Assembly: GCA_050178795.1 (NCBI GenBank)
Contig: JBFXFT010000004.1
Location: 25,630 to 89,629 of the forward strand
Reading direction: 5' to 3'
Origin: Spirochaetales bacterium
GTDB lineage: Bacteria > Bacillota > Clostridia > Christensenellales > UBA1242
Length of the DNA: 64,000 bases
Of the stretch, positions 57,288 to 64,000 are shown in pieces (position 1 is the first letter of the stretch; every line of letters begins with the position of its first letter). The notes under the pieces were generated by a model. That model worked only from the letters and a program-made list of their open reading frames with translations, did not search any database and had not been told where the DNA came from. Position numbers and translations under genes: made by a program.

Positions 57288-58880
57288 TTGGAAAATTTAT
57301 TAAAATATCTTAATCAAAAAACTTACAGTAAATATGCTTTTTTAAAGATGGGTGGCATAAATTATTACAAAGATAAAAATACGCTAAACCTAGTCTTTTT
57401 GTACCCAAATGAAATTGGTGCAATTACCGACGAGCAAAAAGAAGAAATTTTAAGTGTAATGAAAGATTATATGCTAAATGAAATAAAAGACGAAAGCCTA
57501 AATGTAGAAATAAAATACATAAAAAGTTTTTACGATGAGCCTTACATAAAAATGATAACAAAAGAGTTTTTAGAAAATAATTATCCGTCTATGCTCGCTG
57601 TTGTAAAGTATGGCGAATTAAAACTTGCAGAAGAGGAAAATTTTGTTAAACTTACTCTTCCATATTTGAAAGATTACGTATTTGAAAACCAAATTACAAA
57701 GTTTAAAGAGAGCCTTGAAAGGCACTTAAACGACAAATTTTTATATAACTTTGTAATTGAATTAAAAGAGGTAAAAGAAGCGCTAAATTCCAACATTTTA
57801 GAGAAAAAACAACTTGAAATTTTAGAGGAATTAGAGGGCGAAGAAGAGGTTGAAAAAAGCGTAGTAAAGGTTGAAGTTATAGAACAGTTAATAGGGCAAG
57901 AAACCAGCATAAAACCTTATTGCGTATCAGCAATTCGCTCACCAGAAACACAAGTAAGTGTTGCAGGAACAATAAAGTATTTAAATGAGCGTGAGTTTAA
58001 CAAAAAACAAAAGCAAGGTGGAACAGAAGAAGAGCAAATAGTAGAGGTAAAAAAGACTTTTTACTCTTTCTACTTGGAGAGTGCTGGAAAAGAGTTAAAT
58101 GCAGTATATTTTCCTAATAGTAGTACCATTGAAAAGGCTCAACTACTGGCTGACGGAATGCAAGTTGTTTTGACTGGTGATGTTGAAGAATATAATAGCA
58201 AACTAAGCCTAAAAGTTAAGCATATAACTCGCGTAAAAATTTTGGAAAAGCCAAAAGAAGTTACAAAGTTTAAAAATGTGCCAGCCAATTATAGATATGT
58301 TTTTCCTGAGCCTTTTGAAACAATAGGGCAAGCGAGCCTTTTTGAAGAGGAAAAGGAACAAAACGACTATATAAAAAACAACACTTTTGTTGTCTTTGAC
58401 TTAGAGACCACAGGTTTAAACTATGAGGACTGCAAAATTGTTGAAATTGGCGCAGTAAAAATAGAAAATGGCAAAATAACTGAGAAGTTTTCTACCTTTG
58501 TGGACCCAGAAGAGGAAATACCACTAGACGCAACGCAAATACACGGCATAACTAACGATATGGTTATAGGTGCACCAAAAACAGGTGAGGCAATAGCCGA
58601 CTTTTATAAGTTCTGTTACGGCAGTGTACTTGTTGCCTATAACATTGATTTTGACTATAAATTTATAAACTATTACGGTCGCCAAAATGGCTATAATTTT
58701 GACAACGAACAACGCGATGCCCTAATTATGGCAAGGCAATACATTCATGGGCTTAGAAACTATAAATTAAAGAGCGTTTGTGAATTTTTAAACATCAACT
58801 TAAGTAACGCTCACAGAGCCTATTTTGACGCGGCAGCGACCGCACAGGTGTTTTTAAAACTGGCAGAAAATATAAAATAA
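57288..58880 (+). CDS. PolC-like N-terminal and OB-fold modules plus DEDDh 3'-5' exonuclease domain; no PHP or polymerase domains
   Basis: TTG start. Exo motifs VVFDLETTGL, AYNIDFD, HRAYFDAAATA, collinear with the PolC exonuclease insert. OB-like segment ~215-310. Occupies the polC position between rseP and rimP. Confidence 0.8.
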   Translation: MENLLKYLNQKTYSKYAFLKMGGINYYKDKNTLNLVFLYPNEIGAITDEQKEEILSVMKDYMLNEIKDESLNVEIKYIKSFYDEPYIKMITKEFLENNYPSMLAVVKYGELKLAEEENFVKLTLPYLKDYVFENQITKFKESLERHLNDKFLYNFVIELKEVKEALNSNILEKKQLEILEELEGEEEVEKSVVKVEVIEQLIGQETSIKPYCVSAIRSPETQVSVAGTIKYLNEREFNKKQKQGGTEEEQIVEVKKTFYSFYLESAGKELNAVYFPNSSTIEKAQLLADGMQVVLTGDVEEYNSKLSLKVKHITRVKILEKPKEVTKFKNVPANYRYVFPEPFETIGQASLFEEEKEQNDYIKNNTFVVFDLETTGLNYEDCKIVEIGAVKIENGKITEKFSTFVDPEEEIPLDATQIHGITNDMVIGAPKTGEAIADFYKFCYGSVLVAYNIDFDYKFINYYGRQNGYNFDNEQRDALIMARQYIHGLRNYKLKSVCEFLNINLSNAHRAYFDAAATAQVFLKLAENIK

Positions 58881-58884
58881 TTAC

Positions 58885-58913
58885 TTGCAACTATATGTTT
58901 TTTATGATAGAAT
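58885..58913 (+). promoter_or_regulatory. promoter of the rimP-nusA-infB operon
   Basis: TTGCAA, 17 nt, TGaTAGAAT (extended -10). Confidence 0.6.
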
Positions 58914-58939
58914 GGTAAAGTAAGAAATATGTAGGCTGT

Positions 58940-58969
58940 TGAGAGTGGGGTTGCCCGCTCTCACTTTTT
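58940..58969 (+). terminator. leader hairpin and T-run (rimP-leader / NusA-autoregulation-type attenuator)
   Basis: 10-bp stem tgagagtggg/cccgctctca with a gttg loop, then cttttt, 16 nt before the rimP ATG. Confidence 0.6.
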
Positions 58970-58984
58970 GAGAAAGGAGCATTG

Positions 58985-59449
58985 ATGGATAACAAAATTG
59001 TTGAAAACAAAGTGCGCGAAATGGCACTTCCAATTCTTGAAAAACTAGGCTATGAATTGGTTGATGTTGAGTATAAAGAACAAGACGGAAGTATGAATTT
59101 GACACTTTTTATTTACAAGGACGGCGGTGTCTCACTTGACGATTGCCAAATTGTAAGTAGGGCGTTGGACGAGCCACTTGACGCTCTTGACCCAACTCAA
59201 AATATGCCATATAACTTTAATGTTTCTTCGCCAGGGCTTGATAGACCTCTAAAAACTATTAGAGATTTTGAAAGAAACCTAAATGAAGAACTAGAAATTG
59301 ACTTTATAGCGCCAGACGGCAACAAAAAAAGCATTACAGGCGCATTAAAAGATGTTACAAACAATGTTTTAACAATAAATCAAAAGGGTAAATTGTTAAA
59401 AGTTGAATTTGATAAAATTGAAAAAGCATTATTAATAATTAAATTTTAG
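58985..59449 (+). CDS. rimP: ribosome maturation factor RimP
   Basis: GGAG 6 nt before ATG 58985; LGYELVDVEY...SSPGLDRPL. Confidence 0.85.
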   Translation: MDNKIVENKVREMALPILEKLGYELVDVEYKEQDGSMNLTLFIYKDGGVSLDDCQIVSRALDEPLDALDPTQNMPYNFNVSSPGLDRPLKTIRDFERNLNEELEIDFIAPDGNKKSITGALKDVTNNVLTINQKGKLLKVEFDKIEKALLIIKF

Positions 59450-59460
59450 GAGAATAAAGA

Positions 59461-60606
59461 ATGGTTAATAAGGAATTTTTTAAGGCATTAGAAGACCTTG
59501 AAGTAACAAGAAAAATTAAAAAGGAGCTATTTGTTGAGGCTTTAGAGGCTGCTTTAACTGCGGCTTATAAAAAGAGTTATGGCGAAGCGAAAAATGCTGT
59601 CGTAAAACTTTCACCAGAAAAAAATGGAATAAAAATTTATTCATACAAGACAATTGTTGAAGAAGTTGAAAATCCAGACAAGGAAATAAGTCTAGACGAA
59701 GCAAGAGAGTTAAAGAAGTCTTATAAACTTGGCGATATGGTAATGGAAGAAGAAAAGCCAAAAGACTTTGGAAGAATTGCAGCACAAACCGCAAAACAAG
59801 TTGTTATGCAAAGACTAAGAGAGATGGAAAAAGATGTAACAATGGACGAACTAGCGGAAAAAGAAGATGAACTTATTACCACTATAATTAGAAGAATAGA
59901 CGGCAAGAACGTGTTTGTTGAAATTGGCGCAAATCAATTTGAAGCAGTTATGGGCGAGCAAGACCAAATACCAGGGGAAAGATACAACATAGGCGACCGA
60001 ATTAAAGTTTATGTTAAAAAAATAAAGGATTCTTTTAATGGACCTATGGTACAAGTTAGCCGTTCTAATACTGGCTTTGTAAGAAAAATATTTAAACTTG
60101 AAGTGCCAGAAATTGCAAGCGGTGAAGTAGTAATTGAAAACATCGTAAGAGAAGCAGGTTACAGGACTAAAATTGCAGTATATTCTGAAAACCCAAACAT
60201 AGACGCAGTTGGCGCTTGTGTAGGCAATAAAGGTATGAGAATAAACTCAATAGTTGCTGAGATGAACGGCGAAAAAATTGACATTATTCCGTTTAGTTAT
60301 GACGCAAAAGAGTACATTACAAACGCATTAAGCCCTGCAGAGGTTTTAAATGTTGACATTCTTGGCGAGAAGGAAAGTAGAGCAATAGTTCCAGACAATA
60401 AACTTAGTTTGGCTATTGGTAAAAACGGACAAAATGTTAGACTTGCAGCAAGACTTACAGGCTGGAAGATAGACGTTAAACCAGAAAGTCTAGGCGTTGA
60501 AAGAGTAGAGGAAGAACCAAAACCAAAGGAAATGGCAGAGGTTAACTTTGAGGCAGACCTAACCGACTTAGACGATATGTTTGCAGACGACTTAGAAACA
60601 CTATAA
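59461..60606 (+). CDS. nusA: transcription termination/antitermination protein NusA
   Basis: N-terminal domain, S1, two KH domains (VGACVGNKGMRI, LAIGKNGQNVRLA). Confidence 0.95.
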   Translation: MVNKEFFKALEDLEVTRKIKKELFVEALEAALTAAYKKSYGEAKNAVVKLSPEKNGIKIYSYKTIVEEVENPDKEISLDEARELKKSYKLGDMVMEEEKPKDFGRIAAQTAKQVVMQRLREMEKDVTMDELAEKEDELITTIIRRIDGKNVFVEIGANQFEAVMGEQDQIPGERYNIGDRIKVYVKKIKDSFNGPMVQVSRSNTGFVRKIFKLEVPEIASGEVVIENIVREAGYRTKIAVYSENPNIDAVGACVGNKGMRINSIVAEMNGEKIDIIPFSYDAKEYITNALSPAEVLNVDILGEKESRAIVPDNKLSLAIGKNGQNVRLAARLTGWKIDVKPESLGVERVEEEPKPKEMAEVNFEADLTDLDDMFADDLETL

Positions 60607-60616
60607 AGAGGTATTT

Positions 60617-60880
60617 ATGAAACAAGTTCCTTTAAGAAAATGTATTGCCTGCAAAGAGATGCTACCCAAACAAGACTTAATAAAAGTCGTAAAAAACAAA
60701 AACGATGAATTTAGTGTAGATTTAACAGGCAAAATGGAAGGCAGAGGCGCCTACATTTGTAAAAAACCAGAGTGCACAGATAAACTTTTTAAAAATAGAC
60801 TTTTGCACAAGGCGTTTTCAAAAAACGTGCCAGATACCATTTATAATGACATAAAACAAATACTAGTCAAAAAAGACTAG
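60617..60880 (+). CDS. ylxR: YlxR/RnpM-family RNA-binding protein (DUF448)
   Basis: LRKCIACKEM...GRGAYIC motif; between nusA and infB. Confidence 0.85.
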   Translation: MKQVPLRKCIACKEMLPKQDLIKVVKNKNDEFSVDLTGKMEGRGAYICKKPECTDKLFKNRLLHKAFSKNVPDTIYNDIKQILVKKD

Positions 60881-60905
60881 TGGAACAAAAAAAGAGGTGA
60901 TTTAA

Positions 60906-63413
60906 TTGAGTACAGTAAATAACAACAACGAAAACTCAAAAATTGACAATTTAAGACAACTCGCTCAAATTTTAACCAGCAATCAAGTTGCTGGGCTTTT
61001 GAAAGAAGTTAGAAACGCAAAGTATAGTTTAGAAGACTTAAACAAGCAAGTTCTTTTTAAAGAAAGAACAATTCTTGATAAGGAAGAAACTGCAAAAAAT
61101 ACTGAGCAAGTTACTAAGGTAGAAAAAGTTAATGTAGAAGTTGCAAAAACAGAAAGTGTACCAACTGTTACTCCAACTAATAGAGCGCCTCAAAATAGGG
61201 ACTCTCGTCCACCATATAATAAACCTTATGACGGAGAGAAAAAGCCTTACGAAAAACGTCCTTTTGAAGGTAAACCGTACGAAAAGAGACCTTTTGAAAA
61301 TAAACCTTATGAGAAAAAGCCTTTTGAAAGAAGACCATTTGATAGAAACACTACTGGGGGGGATTCTAAAGACAAATTCGCAGGTAAACCTTACCCTAAT
61401 AGGGACGGCAAAGCACCATATAGACCAGCCGCTAAACCAGAGGTTGCAGTGGAAGAAACAGTAGAGGTTGTAAAGAATAAATTTGCACTTGCTACAAGTA
61501 AACAAAAAGACGATGCTTTTGATAAAAAACCAAAAAATTATAGCAAAAAACAACTATTGAGGCGCGGTTTAATTGAAGAAAAAGAAATTGAAGAGCGCAT
61601 GTTAAATAGACGTTTAAAGGTTAAACGTCCAAAACAAATGATAACTATGGTTCAAAAGCCAGTAGACCGTGCGGTTATAACGACCGAAAACATATCTGTA
61701 AAACTACTTGCTGAAACAATAGGTAAGCCAGTTACAGAAATTATTAAAAAATTGTTTGAATACAAGGTTATGGCTACTATTAACAGCAATATTGATTATG
61801 ACACTGCGGAATTAGTTGCACTAGACCTAGGCATAACTCTTGAAAAGAAAGTAGAAAAGACTTTTGAAGAAAAATTGCAAGACCAATTAAACGACCACAC
61901 TGAGGACGACGTAAACTTAAAATCTCGTCCACCTATAGTTGCCGTTATGGGTCACGTAGACCACGGCAAAACCTCTTTACTTGACGCAATTAGAGAGACC
62001 AACGTAATAAAGGGCGAAGCTGGCGGAATAACTCAACACATAGGTGCTTACGTAGTTAAGACAGAAAAAGGCAAAATTACCTTTATTGATACCCCAGGTC
62101 ATGAGGCGTTTAGCGAAATGCGTGCAAGGGGCGCAAAAATTACAGACGTTGCAATTCTTGTAGTTGCAGCCGATGACGGAATTATGCCACAAACCATTGA
62201 GGCAATAAACCACATTAAAGCAGCAGACGTACCAATGATTGTTGCAGTAAATAAAATAGATAAACCTACAGCAAATGTTGAAAGAGTAAAACAACAACTA
62301 GCCGACAGTGGAGTATTGGCAGAAGAATGGGGCGGTGACGCGATTATTGTTCCTGTTTCTGCTCATACCAAAGAGGGCATAAACAAGTTACTAGAAATGA
62401 TTTTACTTGTCGCTGAAGTTAAAGAGTTAAAAGCAAACCCTCAAAGGAATGCTTCAGGCACTGTTATTGAGGCAAAACTAGACAAAGGTCAAGGACCAGT
62501 GGCAACCATTATAGTTCAAGACGGAACATTAAAGGTTGGCGATACAATAGTTTCTGGACTTGCTATTGGTAGAATAAGAGCCATGATGGACGAGAATGGC
62601 AAAGCGGTTAAAAAAGCGCTTCCTTCAACTCCAGTTGCGGTACTTGGACTTGACAGCGTACCACAAGCAGGCGACTTTGTTCATGTAGTTGACGAAAAAA
62701 TGAGTAAGCAACTTATTGAAGAAAGAAAAGAAAACGTACAAAGACAAAAGAACAATAAGTCAAAAGTTCTTACAGCAGAAGACTTATTTGGTAAAGATGT
62801 TAACAAGAAAAAATTAAATGTAATTGTAAAAGGCAGCGTAATGGGTAGCGTTGAAGCACTAAAACAAAGCCTATTAAAAATTAAGAATGACGAAGCAGAA
62901 GTAGCCTTTATTAGTGGTGGCGCTGGTGCAATAAACGAAAATGATGTGTTACTAGCACAAACTGCAAACGCAATTATTATAGGCTTTAATGTTATGCCAG
63001 ATGTAAACGCAAGAAAACTTGCCGATAAAACTGGTGTTGACATTCGTTTCTATGACATTATTTACAATGTAATTGATGACTTTGAGGCTATGATTAAAAC
63101 TATGCTTGCTCCTAAGTTTGAGGAAGTAATAATAGGACACGCCGAAGTTAGAGTGCTATACAAAATAAGTAAAATAGGCACAATATTTGGCTGTATTGTT
63201 AAAGACGGCAAAATTACAAGAAATTCTAAAGTTAGAGTTTTAAGAAAGGACAATGTAATAGCAACTGCAAGCATTGAGACTTTGAGAATACAAAAAGACG
63301 ATGTCAAAGAAGTAAAATTGGGCTTTGAATTTGGTATTAAACTTGCAAACTATAACGATGCAATGGAAGGCGATATTTTAGAGGCTTTTGTAGAAGAACA
63401 AGTAAAAGCTTAA
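60906..63413 (+). CDS. infB: translation initiation factor IF-2
   Basis: TTG start. VMGHVDHGKTSLLD, DTPGHEAF, NKID. Repeat-rich N-terminal region. Confidence 0.95.
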   Translation: MSTVNNNNENSKIDNLRQLAQILTSNQVAGLLKEVRNAKYSLEDLNKQVLFKERTILDKEETAKNTEQVTKVEKVNVEVAKTESVPTVTPTNRAPQNRDSRPPYNKPYDGEKKPYEKRPFEGKPYEKRPFENKPYEKKPFERRPFDRNTTGGDSKDKFAGKPYPNRDGKAPYRPAAKPEVAVEETVEVVKNKFALATSKQKDDAFDKKPKNYSKKQLLRRGLIEEKEIEERMLNRRLKVKRPKQMITMVQKPVDRAVITTENISVKLLAETIGKPVTEIIKKLFEYKVMATINSNIDYDTAELVALDLGITLEKKVEKTFEEKLQDQLNDHTEDDVNLKSRPPIVAVMGHVDHGKTSLLDAIRETNVIKGEAGGITQHIGAYVVKTEKGKITFIDTPGHEAFSEMRARGAKITDVAILVVAADDGIMPQTIEAINHIKAADVPMIVAVNKIDKPTANVERVKQQLADSGVLAEEWGGDAIIVPVSAHTKEGINKLLEMILLVAEVKELKANPQRNASGTVIEAKLDKGQGPVATIIVQDGTLKVGDTIVSGLAIGRIRAMMDENGKAVKKALPSTPVAVLGLDSVPQAGDFVHVVDEKMSKQLIEERKENVQRQKNNKSKVLTAEDLFGKDVNKKKLNVIVKGSVMGSVEALKQSLLKIKNDEAEVAFISGGAGAINENDVLLAQTANAIIIGFNVMPDVNARKLADKTGVDIRFYDIIYNVIDDFEAMIKTMLAPKFEEVIIGHAEVRVLYKISKIGTIFGCIVKDGKITRNSKVRVLRKDNVIATASIETLRIQKDDVKEVKLGFEFGIKLANYNDAMEGDILEAFVEEQVKA
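61219..61340 (+). repeat. 30-nt (10-aa) tandem repeats inside the infB N-terminal region
   Basis: KPYEKRPFEG / KPYEKRPFEN / KPYEKKPFER plus partial units, with synonymous differences between units. Confidence 0.8.
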
Positions 63414-63427
63414 TTTAGGAGGGCATT

Positions 63428-63781
63428 ATGTCGGCTATAAGAATGAGTAGAATAAACTCGGCAATTCAATCAGCAATTATTGATATAATTAAAAACAATT
63501 TAATAGATCCAAAACTTGACGGCGCTATTGTAAGTGTAACAAAAGTAGATACTTCTAATGATTTGTCGCACTGCAATGTCTATATTAGCATAATGACTAA
63601 TAAAAGCGCCGAAGAGGCTTTTAACGCAATAAGAAATAGTTTGCCATATATTAGAAAGCAAACGGCATCAAGGGTTAGCCTTAGAATTATGCCACAACTT
63701 CACTTTATATTAGATGACAGCATTGAATATTCCGCAAAGATTGAATCTTTGATTGAAAAAATTCATAGAGATGACAAATAA
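63428..63781 (+). CDS. rbfA: ribosome-binding factor A
   Basis: 117 aa directly after infB; KH-like fold pattern. Confidence 0.9.
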   Translation: MSAIRMSRINSAIQSAIIDIIKNNLIDPKLDGAIVSVTKVDTSNDLSHCNVYISIMTNKSAEEAFNAIRNSLPYIRKQTASRVSLRIMPQLHFILDDSIEYSAKIESLIEKIHRDDK

Positions 63782-63794
63782 AAGGAGAATTATT

Positions 63795-64000
63795 TTGCAA
63801 GACATTATTAAACTTATTGAGGGCAGTAAAAGGGTAGCAGTTTTCACACACATCAATCCAGATGGTGATGCGCTAGGCTCTTCTATAGCGATGAAGCTTG
63901 GACTAGAACAGCTTGGTAAAGAAGTTGACCTTTATTCTGCAGACACAAACATACACGAGAACTACAACTTTTTAAACATCGAAGAATATTATGTGGAGCA
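63795..64000 (+). CDS. DHH-family phosphoesterase (NrnA-like), N-terminal part, cut by right window edge
   Basis: TTG 63795 after AAAGGAG; THINPDGDALGSS DHH motif I. Confidence 0.7.
   Translation, partial: MQDIIKLIEGSKRVAVFTHINPDGDALGSSIAMKLGLEQLGKEVDLYSADTNIHENYNFLNIEEYYVE

Noticed and set aside
61038-61553. 171-aa minus-strand ORF and 107-aa plus-strand alternative-frame ORF inside infB
   Set aside because: Both lie within the repeat-rich IF2 N-terminal region and are low-complexity products of the tandem repeat. IF2 is continuous and in frame.
1-64000. Mobile elements, prophage, defence islands, CRISPR, and tRNA or rRNA genes
   Set aside because: No transposase, integrase, recombinase, Cas, restriction or toxin-like ORF was found, and no tRNA- or rRNA-like sequence in any intergenic spacer. 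Apart from a handful of small hypotheticals, the window is core housekeeping.

Overview
AT-rich 64-kb block of core housekeeping genes. About 70 CDS, all but four on the + strand, in classic Firmicutes/Bacilli-type synteny: rplU-prp-rpmA; nfeD-floA; ybeY-era-yqzL-recO; ppdK; dnaG-sigA-trmK; pgsA; pta-ackA; rpmF-plsX-rnc-smc-ftsY; ylxM-ffh-rpsP-KH-rimM-trmD-rbgA-rnhB-yraN; rplS; comM-dprA-topA-trmFO-hslVU; hisS; trxA; iscR-nifS-nifU; ruvX; rpsB-tsf-frr-uppS-cdsA-rseP; rimP-nusA-ylxR-infB-rbfA. The genetic code looks standard: TGA ends rimM and Trp is TGG. I saw no rRNA, tRNA, CRISPR array, transposase, integrase, phage or recognisable defence genes. The main signal the genes do not explain is a family of ~130-nt rod-shaped structured repeats. 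There are five full copies, one internally deleted copy and at least five 3' fragments, all in sense orientation and starting on or next to the stop codon of an operon-terminal gene. They have invariant unpaired blocks (CGTTTACT / AAACAGTC / CTCCTGCTT / GAGCCTTG), stems that change sequence but keep pairing, and a C-A mismatch at a fixed position in every copy. I do not recognise it as a described RNA or mobile-element family, but I cannot search Rfam, ISfinder or Dfam here. Secondary observations: a 530-aa protein at the polC locus with PolC-type N-terminal, OB and DEDDh exonuclease modules but no PHP or polymerase domains; erosion of the conserved rpsB...polC cluster (no pyrH, dxr or proS here); a possible RsaE/RoxS-like small RNA; a rimP-leader attenuator; and K/E/P-rich tails on Pta, S2 and IscU. 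All calls rest on reading the sequence and recalling family motifs. No database search or folding computation was run.
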